Assembly (NCBI GenBank): GCA_964455555.1
Contig: CAYVXV010000001.1
Coordinates: 149,096-213,095 of the forward strand
Direction: 5' to 3'
DNA from: an uncultured Pseudomonadales bacterium
GTDB taxonomy: Bacteria > Patescibacteriota > Microgenomatia > UBA1400 > PJMF01
DNA: 64,000 bases
Part shown: positions 9,484-17,403 of the stretch, piece after piece
Position numbering within the stretch: the stretch's first letter is position 1
Layout: every line of letters starts with the position of its first letter
Program-made: the position numbers and the translations under genes
Notes under the pieces: generated by a model
Seen by the model: only the letters and a program-made list of their open reading frames with translations
Databases searched by the model: none
What the model was told of the DNA's origin: nothing

Positions 9484-11052
9484 CTAACTTCCTGCAGCCA
9501 GAGTCATCCTTAGCGCCGAAATATCCCGTTGAACCAATTCATTACTCTTAACCTCACCATTAATTTTATTCACTGCATGAAGTACTGTGGTGTGATCTCG
9601 GTTTGAGAACCACTTGCCAATTTCTGTAAGAGGTAAGTCGAGGTCGGTTTTTAATAAATACATGGCAATATGGCGGGCTTGAACCAGTGATTTAACCCTT
9701 CTTTTGCCCTTAATTGCTGTTTGTTTGAGCCGGTAATGATTGGCCACGGTCTTGATAACCTCGGCCGGAGCGGCTTTAATTTGAGGCCTCTTATCTTGAA
9801 TTTCAACTAAAAGAATGTCATCAATTAGTTCGTTATTAACTTCGCGGTGCTTTAATTCAACTTCTGAACGGATGCTGGTGATAATCCCCTCAATTTTTCT
9901 GGCGCTTTCTACCTGTGAAGCAATGGTTTTAGCCAACTCAATTGGAATATTTAAGTTGGCAGCTTTTGATTTAACCAGCAAAATTGCGGTTCGCAGTTCA
10001 AAAGATGGTTGTTGAATATCTATCATGAGTCCGGCTTCAAACCTCGAGCGCAGCCTGTCTTCCAGTAAGTTTATTTCGTGAGGGGGCCGGTCTGAAGTTA
10101 CGACTATTTGGCTTTGCTGCTTTGTTAAGGAATTGAAAGTGTGAAAAAATTCCTCTTGCACAGCATTTTTTCCAGCAATAAACTGAACATCGTCAATCAG
10201 GAGTACGTCGGCATTGCGGTATTTTGCCTTAAATTGGCTAGCTTTCTTAGTTTGAATGGCATGGACTATCTCATTGGTGAATTCTTCGCCAGTGCAGTAA
10301 ATAATTTTTGCATCAGGGTTGTTTCGTAGGATGTTGTTGCCGATAGCGTGCATAAGGTGGGTTTTGCCGACTCCAACTCCCCCATACAGGAAAAGCGGGT
10401 TGTAAGACTGTCCTGGCCGGTTGGAAACTGCGGTGGCAGCTGCGTGAGCCATTTCATTGGTTGTTGATACAGCAAAGGTTGTGAAGGTGTAGTCAGTGCG
10501 AAGACCCACTTTTCTAGCTATAGCCTCAACCCTATCAACAGCAGCAGACCGCATGTTGTTTTCTGAGAACAAATCTTCTACCCGGGGAGAAGCTGTACCG
10601 CCGTGCCCGGAGTAGGACTGCGGCTGAAGGGTTTGTTGGGGCGAAGACTGAGGCGTGGGTTGAGAAAGCTGTCCTTCATCACTCTTGTTTTGTTCGAAAT
10701 TTGGCGTAAAAGTCTGGCCTATGGTTTTAAAACCTTCGCTGCGCTGTTCTTGCCCGCTTTGAGCTAGGGGGTCACCGACTTTGTAAACAATCTCTACATC
10801 CCGCCCTGTCACCTTATCCACTGCTGACTTTATAAACATATGAAGGTTTTTTTTGAGGTTTGTTGAATGAAAGGCTGTAGGGCTGGTTATGGTTGCCGTG
10901 GCCTTGTCAGCATCCTCAAAAACCAACTCTGTAATTGGATTGGAAATAATCCAGGTGCTGTATACAGCGGGAGACAGCTGTAATTGGAGGTGAGAGCAGG
11001 CTTGCTGCCAGATTTTTTTAGTTTCGGCTGTCGGTAGTGCTGTGGTTTGCAT
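9484..11052 (-). CDS. dnaA: chromosomal replication initiator DnaA
   Basis: Walker A 'GGVGVGKTHLMHAIGN', 'LLIDDVQFIAGK', C-terminal DNA-binding 'HTTVLHAVNKI'. Confidence 0.95.
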   Translation of the reverse strand: MQTTALPTAETKKIWQQACSHLQLQLSPAVYSTWIISNPITELVFEDADKATATITSPTAFHSTNLKKNLHMFIKSAVDKVTGRDVEIVYKVGDPLAQSGQEQRSEGFKTIGQTFTPNFEQNKSDEGQLSQPTPQSSPQQTLQPQSYSGHGGTASPRVEDLFSENNMRSAAVDRVEAIARKVGLRTDYTFTTFAVSTTNEMAHAAATAVSNRPGQSYNPLFLYGGVGVGKTHLMHAIGNNILRNNPDAKIIYCTGEEFTNEIVHAIQTKKASQFKAKYRNADVLLIDDVQFIAGKNAVQEEFFHTFNSLTKQQSQIVVTSDRPPHEINLLEDRLRSRFEAGLMIDIQQPSFELRTAILLVKSKAANLNIPIELAKTIASQVESARKIEGIITSIRSEVELKHREVNNELIDDILLVEIQDKRPQIKAAPAEVIKTVANHYRLKQTAIKGKRRVKSLVQARHIAMYLLKTDLDLPLTEIGKWFSNRDHTTVLHAVNKINGEVKSNELVQRDISALRMTLAAGS

Positions 11053-11210
11053 ACTTAATTAATTGCCGAAAAGCAAATTACACTGATGTGTATGACTTTT
11101 CTGCAGTTTACTGGGGGCAGGTATAAATTACTTAATTGGCGTATTTGTTTATACACAAAGTTTTCCACATTTTACAAGTGGGAAAATATTCCTGTGTGCA
11201 GGGGCGTCCC
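11053..11210. promoter_or_regulatory. dnaA upstream region with near-consensus DnaA boxes (promoter / possible second origin module)
   Basis: TTATACACA at 11149-11157 and TTTTCCACA at 11161-11169 (one mismatch each to TTATCCACA); TGTGTATGA at 11088-11096; 12-nt palindrome cctgtgtgcagg. Confidence 0.45.
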
Positions 11211-13337
11211 TCAAGATTCAGGCGGTGTGTAATCCTGGATTGATTGTTGGCCGTGATATCTTACTCCCTCTCTTCCAAGCGGTTCTTGAGCCGCAGGCGC
11301 AGGGCTACCATTGGATTGGGGATTAGGATTTTCTGACTGGGCCGATGCTTGTTCAGGAGGGTTTTGCCCTGGTTCGCCGTCGCCTTCTGTCTGGTAGTAG
11401 GCTGGAGCCGGCCTGTTTTGTTCGGTCTCCAGTTTTTTTCTGGCTTCAATCTGCCGCCGCTTAAGTATTTCCTCTGGGTTGCTGGTGATAACCTGATGTT
11501 CTTCGTCGCTAGCCACCACTCTGAGGGCTACATGGTTTTGTCCGGCAAAGAAGATCCCTTCCCCAATATCGGAAGAAATTAGAAGTTGGCGCTCTCCCTG
11601 TGAGAGATAAAAGGTCTCTGACAAAACGGGGATTGAAGCGGTTGACTGCTTCATTAAAAATTGTATTGAAGCATTGGTGACAATAGCTTTGCCATAATCG
11701 TTGTGCAAAAAGTCCTCAACATCCTGAGTGATTGTGGTAATGCCTAAATAATATTTTCTTGAACGCTTAACCATTGAATGCAGGAACGAAGCTGAATCCT
11801 GATGCTTCATGAAATACCAGGCCTCATCAACCACGAGGATGCGTTTCTTGAGGTCTTTTTTAATTCTGGTCCAGATAAACTCTAGGATTATATACATAGC
11901 AATCGGTCGGAGTTCTTCCTCCATCTCCTTAACCGAAAAAACCGTAAGTTGGTTGCGGATATCCAGGTTGGAGGGTTGGTCAAAAATACCCCGGAATGAG
12001 CCGGTGATAAACTTCTCCAGCCTTGAAGCAATGTCGTCAGAGTCCTTGTTTTCCATGCCAATTAAAACCTTGTAAACATCTTCCATCAAGGGAGGTTCAT
12101 TGGTTTGGGTGGCTGGATCCGGAGTAATTCCCTTGGCTTTGTAGGCAGCTACCAAGGCGCGGTCAAGGATGGCGTCCTGCTGAGGCGTCATTTCCCCGAG
12201 CATAACTTTTAGCAAGCCATGAAGGGAAATGATTTTTTGGCCCAGCTCATTTTCACCTTCTTCATAGAGATTGGACAGGTCGAAAGGATTGATTTTGGTT
12301 TCGGAACCGAAAGTAAAGTTGATATATTCGCCTCCGGCCGCCTTGCAAAGCTCCTCATACTCTTGCTCTGGGTCAAGGACAATTACTTCTGTGTCAAACA
12401 TGAGCTGCCTGAGGATTTCCAGTTTTACAGTGTAGGATTTTCCTGCACCAGATTTGGCAAAGATAACCATATTGGCGTTTTCCATTTTGAAGCGGTCAAA
12501 AATAACCAGCGAGTCATTGTGTTCGTTGATGCCGTACACAATGCCGGTTTCCATGGTCAGCTCCGAAGAAGTAAAGGGAAAAGTTGTAGCCAGAGACGTG
12601 GTGTCCATGTTTCTGGTCACCATCAGTTTGTCGGTGCCCATAGGTAGGGTGGTTTTAAAACCTTCGTCCATCTGGAGGGTAGCTTTTTTGGAGACAATTA
12701 ATAGTGAACCCAAGGAAGACTGTATGGCCTTAGTCACCTTATCCAGCTGTTCCTTGCTGTCTGCTTGTATAGTTATATAAAGCCCGAATTGATAGAAGCG
12801 CTCTGATCCTTTAGCCAGTTCTTCCCGGATAAAGCGGGCGTCTTCAAGTTTAACTTCTGTATTGATGTTGCTAATCTTTCCCGACCTAAGGTCTGATTGG
12901 ATTTCCGCCTCCATCTCTGTGATTTTTCTTTTAAGATTGTCGAGAATTTCGGCTGAATCAACCGGAAAAATGTACATGGATACATTTATCTGATGGGGAA
13001 AGTTAATCAGCGGTGAAAGCCAGTTGGCCGGGACAGCCCTTGGGTATCCGGCCACAAAAAGCGTTCTTGTGTAGGTGGAATTGATTTTTTGAAAGGTGAA
13101 ATCAACCTCAATTGCTTCTGGGGCAATAATATCTTGAATAGTAACCAGGCCTCGGGAAAACGCTTTTAGCTTTTCTTGGTTGCGCTGATCTAAGTTCTGC
13201 TGAACATTATTTTCAGAAGAACCGCTTTCTTTTGGTTTATTGAGGAATGGTAGTCCTGCAAATAGATTGGGCATCTTGTTTTTTTTGACTAACCGCTGTC
13301 TGCCGCTATCATCATTACTCGGAACATTAACAATCAA
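11211..13337 (-). CDS. VirB4/TrbE/CagE-family type IV secretion ATPase (core; lacks the extreme N-terminal VirB4 motif)
   Basis: Walker A 'FAKSGAGKSYTVK'; VirB4 hallmark Walker B 'ILVVDEAWYFM'; N-terminal CagE_TrbE-like 'YTRTLFVAGYPRAVPANWLSPLI'; P/Q/N-rich C-terminal tail. Annotated start is TTG; an ATG (MPNLF) lies at 13274. Confidence 0.85.
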   Translation of the reverse strand: MIVNVPSNDDSGRQRLVKKNKMPNLFAGLPFLNKPKESGSSENNVQQNLDQRNQEKLKAFSRGLVTIQDIIAPEAIEVDFTFQKINSTYTRTLFVAGYPRAVPANWLSPLINFPHQINVSMYIFPVDSAEILDNLKRKITEMEAEIQSDLRSGKISNINTEVKLEDARFIREELAKGSERFYQFGLYITIQADSKEQLDKVTKAIQSSLGSLLIVSKKATLQMDEGFKTTLPMGTDKLMVTRNMDTTSLATTFPFTSSELTMETGIVYGINEHNDSLVIFDRFKMENANMVIFAKSGAGKSYTVKLEILRQLMFDTEVIVLDPEQEYEELCKAAGGEYINFTFGSETKINPFDLSNLYEEGENELGQKIISLHGLLKVMLGEMTPQQDAILDRALVAAYKAKGITPDPATQTNEPPLMEDVYKVLIGMENKDSDDIASRLEKFITGSFRGIFDQPSNLDIRNQLTVFSVKEMEEELRPIAMYIILEFIWTRIKKDLKKRILVVDEAWYFMKHQDSASFLHSMVKRSRKYYLGITTITQDVEDFLHNDYGKAIVTNASIQFLMKQSTASIPVLSETFYLSQGERQLLISSDIGEGIFFAGQNHVALRVVASDEEHQVITSNPEEILKRRQIEARKKLETEQNRPAPAYYQTEGDGEPGQNPPEQASAQSENPNPQSNGSPAPAAQEPLGREGVRYHGQQSIQDYTPPES

Positions 13338-13472
13338 GCGGCCAACGAGCCTAGCGTTGTCGTTGCAACCATTGTACTGAAAATACTCCGGTCATCAAAG
13401 ACCCAGCTATTCTAGCAGATGAGCACAGGTCTGCGATTTATTAGTTCTAGTTACAGGATTTAGCCGGTCCTC

Positions 13473-14966
13473 TTATTGTTTGTCTGGCTCGGTTGGAGCA
13501 GCGTTGGGCGAAACATTTTGGTCAGGCGTCGTAGATGTTGCGGCCGCAGGGTTAGAGCCAAGTTCTCCCAGTGTCTTATTAATCTCATCTTGAGCTGCTG
13601 TAAGTTCGTCGTCTGCAGGAGGTGGACTGCCGGTTCCTTCTCCGGCTGGTTCTGGGCTTGCGGACGGAGCAGGCGGCACTTCCTGTTTTTGAACCTGTTG
13701 TTCTTGATTTGGCGTCAAGTTAACCTCGTTCGGCGCACCGGTTTGTGCAGCGGGCTGCCCGGAAGTTGGTTCTGTGGTTGCCTCAACCATTGGTGTGGGA
13801 GGGGCAGTGGGCATTGGAAGAGGAGCTTCTTCAGGAGCTGTGTCTGAAGAAGTTTCTCCCTCTGGCTTTTGGATGGTTTGAGACTCTACCGGTACCGGAG
13901 GGACAGCATCACCCTCACTAGGCATAGCTGGAGTTGGGGGAGGTGTAATTGGGTTTGGAGTGGAATCGCCCTGACCCCCATTTTCAACAACAACTTGTTC
14001 GAGTGTCATTGGAGTTGGCGCAGCACTGGCCTGCGGCTCGGTTGGAGTAACCTGGGCACCAGTGTCAGGTGCGGTGGTGTCAGCAATGGGGTTGGGTAGT
14101 TCGGTCGGAGCAGCTTGTTGTTCAGCTGGAGCCGGCTGCTGTGCTTGAGCCGGAGCAGGTTCGACTTGTGGCTGAGTAGGCGGCTGTGTTGGTTGCTCGA
14201 CTGGAGCCAATTGTTCTTCGGTTCCGGGCTGAGTGGCCTGCGTCTCATCCGGGTTGTTGGGTGTATTTTGCGGCATGGCAAATCCTTCAAAACTCGCTTT
14301 TACTAGTGGTGTTGTATAGCTGTTGCTGTCTGCAATTCCTTGCCCTTCCGCAGCTTCGGGATTGTAGCTTAAATAGAATAATTGAATAATTTCTTGAGTA
14401 GTGAGTTGATTTGAATAGAGGCCTATTCTGGCAAATTGAGAAATAATGTGATCCCGTTTGGGTTCCAGAATATTTTGAGCTTTTTCCAGCAAAACGCTTC
14501 TTTCTATTTGTGTTACATCAAATGTTTGCTGTCCCGGAAGCACGCTTTGAGCGGTTAATAAGCCTAGTTCGAGAGGGCCGGCGGGGATAACAACATAAAA
14601 CTTTTTATCAAGCACGTTGCGCTCGTGAATTAAGTTGCTTACAAATTCGCGGTAGCGGCCAATCCGGTGGCGTTTTTCTTGAGTAGAGGCCTGAGCCTCC
14701 TGCTCCTGAAGCCTTCTTAGATAACTGGTTACATCTTTTGTTTGAGAGCGGACCAACACCTGAATTGGATAATTGAGGGAATTCAACAAGCCGGCATAGG
14801 CGTAGATAATGCTGTCCTGTTCTTCCTCGGCTAGAAGGCCGAAGTTCATCGCGTCGACGGTTAGGATGAGTGATGTAGTGCCATCCTTCATAATCACTAA
14901 ATCATTAGTGATATCGTGAATATCAAGGTATTGTTGAGTGGTGGAAGAAATTGTTTGTTCTGCCAT
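13473..14966 (-). CDS. VirB4 N-terminal-domain-like protein with ~270-aa P/T/Q/A-rich disordered tail (putative detached N-terminus of VirB4)
   Basis: 'DLVIMKDGTTSLILTVDAMNFGLLAEEEQDSIIYAYAGLLNSLNYPIQVLVRSQ' mirrors the extreme N-terminal motif of VirB4/TraC ATPases (compare A. tumefaciens VirB4 'IVLLEDGSIMSIARIDGVAFELEEIE...IYAHLVRH', recalled from memory); no ATPase motifs; lies directly upstream of the ATPase ORF. Confidence 0.5.
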   Translation of the reverse strand: MAEQTISSTTQQYLDIHDITNDLVIMKDGTTSLILTVDAMNFGLLAEEEQDSIIYAYAGLLNSLNYPIQVLVRSQTKDVTSYLRRLQEQEAQASTQEKRHRIGRYREFVSNLIHERNVLDKKFYVVIPAGPLELGLLTAQSVLPGQQTFDVTQIERSVLLEKAQNILEPKRDHIISQFARIGLYSNQLTTQEIIQLFYLSYNPEAAEGQGIADSNSYTTPLVKASFEGFAMPQNTPNNPDETQATQPGTEEQLAPVEQPTQPPTQPQVEPAPAQAQQPAPAEQQAAPTELPNPIADTTAPDTGAQVTPTEPQASAAPTPMTLEQVVVENGGQGDSTPNPITPPPTPAMPSEGDAVPPVPVESQTIQKPEGETSSDTAPEEAPLPMPTAPPTPMVEATTEPTSGQPAAQTGAPNEVNLTPNQEQQVQKQEVPPAPSASPEPAGEGTGSPPPADDELTAAQDEINKTLGELGSNPAAATSTTPDQNVSPNAAPTEPDKQ

Positions 14967-15028
14967 GCTGTAAAGAGTATTTTAATAGTAAAGCGTTTGG
15001 ACTACTGGTTCAAGTTCTAACCAGGGAT

Positions 15029-16240
15029 TTAGGCACTCCTTATTTCGAGTGGGGCAACAGGCTCTCCTTTCAAAACTATGGTTTGTGGAGTAAAGCTGAA
15101 ACCATCCTTTTCGACATTTACCAAATATTCACCATTTTTTAGAGGGGTGGTAATGAAAAATTGGCCTAATGCATTTGTTTTAACAGCTCGAACAATTTGG
15201 CCTCCGAGTTGTATTTCTACAATAGCGTTGGTAATTAATTCGTTGTTTTGGGTTAATACCATTCCGACGAGCTTGTTGGCTTCTTCCGGAGGATCCGGGA
15301 AGGGCAGGTCTAAATTAAACGCTGCCTCTGTTGCATTTTGAGTTTCCTGTACTGGGACTGATGTGCTAGTCTCAACATAGGTGTGGCCGGAAGCATTTGT
15401 TTGAGTTTGTTCTGATTCAGCTGCGGCTGATTCCTCTATTATATTTGCTACCTGCTCAACTTCGGGAGGAGTGTTTTCGGGCACATCGACTAAGGTGGCA
15501 GCCTCTTCTGCGGTAAGATCAGCAGTTTTCTTAACCTCAAACTCTTCTTGTTGATTTATCGAAGTAGCCAGGTTTGGAGTCGAAATTTTTTTAATTGGCG
15601 CGTCATCAGCGATGCTGGTGGGAGCGTAAATAGTTACTTCTTCTCTGGTTTTAATAACTGGAGAAGTTTGGCTCCGCATGCTTCTAACTCTGACCTGAAG
15701 ATTTGGTTTGGCAGCAACTTTTTTCTGCGCGGCTGTGGGTGTGATTGGCTCCGGAGCAGCATCAAAGAAAGAAGAGATTTGCTGTATCCTACTAGCTTCC
15801 CAGTCAGTCAGGTCGCTCTGATATTCGGAAGGTGTATTTACCGAAGTGATGTATTCTTTAATCCTAGCTTTTTTTACCGGACTTAAGTCTAGTTCCGGTT
15901 CATATTGTGTCTGGTTAGCTGTGGGTTCGTATAAGAAAGGTTCCGGAATATTGGATGTTCTTTTCCAAAAAAACTTAGTTGGTTTGTAGAGTGTTCTGAA
16001 AAAAGTGATAATCCAGTGATCAAGTGGCCTTTCCTCAATCGGCAAGAAAGCCGCTCCGGCTCCCAGGCCTACGGAGAGCAGTATGAACGCCCACTTAATT
16101 GGTGTAGGCAGGTTGGTGCTGTAAAAAGCGACACCAACAACCACGCCAATGAATATTTCAGCAAACTGCTTGAGGGTCATGCTGCCAATAATATGAAAAC
16201 GGTAGTTGGTGATGTCTTGTGGGATTGGGTGTTCTCGCAT
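15029..16240 (-). CDS. VirB3/PrgI-like two-TM membrane protein fused to a C-terminal CarboxypepD_reg-like beta-sandwich domain
   Basis: N-terminal 'RFHIIGSMTLKQFAEIFIGVVVGVAFY...WAFILLSVGLGAGAAFLPIE' (two TM helices, GxxTxxQ-like motif) in the position typical for VirB3 just before VirB4; C-terminal 'AIVEIQLGGQIVRAVKTNALGQFFITTPLKNGEYLVNVEKDGF' is prealbumin-like; SD 'aggaaag' upstream. Confidence 0.45.
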   Translation of the reverse strand: MREHPIPQDITNYRFHIIGSMTLKQFAEIFIGVVVGVAFYSTNLPTPIKWAFILLSVGLGAGAAFLPIEERPLDHWIITFFRTLYKPTKFFWKRTSNIPEPFLYEPTANQTQYEPELDLSPVKKARIKEYITSVNTPSEYQSDLTDWEASRIQQISSFFDAAPEPITPTAAQKKVAAKPNLQVRVRSMRSQTSPVIKTREEVTIYAPTSIADDAPIKKISTPNLATSINQQEEFEVKKTADLTAEEAATLVDVPENTPPEVEQVANIIEESAAAESEQTQTNASGHTYVETSTSVPVQETQNATEAAFNLDLPFPDPPEEANKLVGMVLTQNNELITNAIVEIQLGGQIVRAVKTNALGQFFITTPLKNGEYLVNVEKDGFSFTPQTIVLKGEPVAPLEIRSA

Positions 16241-16328
16241 AACAAGGCTTTCCTGCCGCTCATCTAATCATATCAGGTCGAGGTATAACCTGAGTAGGGC
16301 GAGTTGGTTCAGTTAAAAATAGGCTAAG

Positions 16329-17369
16329 TTAAAAGCCTGAAGTAGTTTCAATTGCCGGAGTAATGAATGTTAAGAAAACATTATCGAATTCTGAGCCGGC
16401 GCTTTCTCCTTCCGCCTCAATCCGGAAATATGGGTAGTAAGCCTGGGTTCTAGGAGAGTAGCGGTATTCAAGCTCTAGATTATTGACAGTGATGGTTTTA
16501 AGGGAGGTAATCTCAAAGTTGGCTGCAAGGTTTCCCGCTTCAATTATTTCAGCACTGCCGCCGGCGATTTTTTCTCTGATCTTTGACAGCGGCAGAATGT
16601 TTTTGTCTGCTATTTTTGTAGCCATGGGCGGCGGCGGGTAAAACTCTGCTTTTTTAATTTCGTAGTTAAAGCCAACCTGGATTGTTGCAAGTGATTTTCT
16701 GGCAGCTGAGTAGTAGGCGGGATAATTATCAATTAAAAAAGTAAACGGGATTACAATCGTTTCAGCAGTGCCGGCCGACGCAGTCCTGGATTCCTGAGCC
16801 AGGAAGGTGATCTCTCTTCTTAGAGGCGAGAGTTCGGGATAACCGGGAATTTGTTTAATGAAGGCGCTGGCGGCATTAATTGCAGGCTCAATTACAATTT
16901 CCTGATTATCATCTGATATTTCGGGTATCGAAACCACATACATTAGTTTGTTCTCGTGCTCAAGGAAGCTGAGTGAGCGCTTGGTCTCATAATCGGTCCA
17001 CGTACTCACCTGATATGGAGATGTGTCCTGAGGCAGGCTTAAGCTTTCTGCAACTTGTTGGGCAAAATTTCTAGTAGATGAGTAGGAAGGAGTGCCGGTG
17101 TAAACACCGAGGGTTTTGGGAAAGTCAACTTCGTCTTGAGAAATATTCATAACTACCCGTACGTTTTCGGGCGGCTTAGTAATGCCCGAGCTGATTCCTT
17201 CAATTGTCACAGGCGTGCTTTCAGGAGGTTCTGGTGTAAGGATAAGTAATAGGGCTGAACCCACCAGCACAAACCCAAGAAGGATAATGAAGTAGCGCAA
17301 TGGGTTGGCTTTTATCTTTTCCGGAATACTCCGGATTGTTTGCAGTATTTGTTCTTTATTAATTGTCAT
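16329..17369 (-). CDS. N-terminally membrane-anchored extracytoplasmic protein (possible VirB8/TcpC-like T4SS component)
   Basis: Single N-terminal TM 'YFIILLGFVLVGSALLLIL' and ~300-aa ectodomain; only positional and topological support. Confidence 0.3.
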   Translation of the reverse strand: MTINKEQILQTIRSIPEKIKANPLRYFIILLGFVLVGSALLLILTPEPPESTPVTIEGISSGITKPPENVRVVMNISQDEVDFPKTLGVYTGTPSYSSTRNFAQQVAESLSLPQDTSPYQVSTWTDYETKRSLSFLEHENKLMYVVSIPEISDDNQEIVIEPAINAASAFIKQIPGYPELSPLRREITFLAQESRTASAGTAETIVIPFTFLIDNYPAYYSAARKSLATIQVGFNYEIKKAEFYPPPPMATKIADKNILPLSKIREKIAGGSAEIIEAGNLAANFEITSLKTITVNNLELEYRYSPRTQAYYPYFRIEAEGESAGSEFDNVFLTFITPAIETTSGF

Positions 17370-17403
17370 GAGGCAATGTCTTTATCATACACGGTAGAAG
17401 TTT

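Noticed and set aside
12219-12780. Two plus-strand ORFs (142 and 108 aa)
   Set aside because: Antisense inside the virB4-like gene, whose ATPase motifs are unambiguous.
13476-14389. Several plus-strand ORFs rich in Cys/Arg/Trp
   Set aside because: Antisense to the PT-rich tail of ORF 13473-14966. They are a composition artefact.
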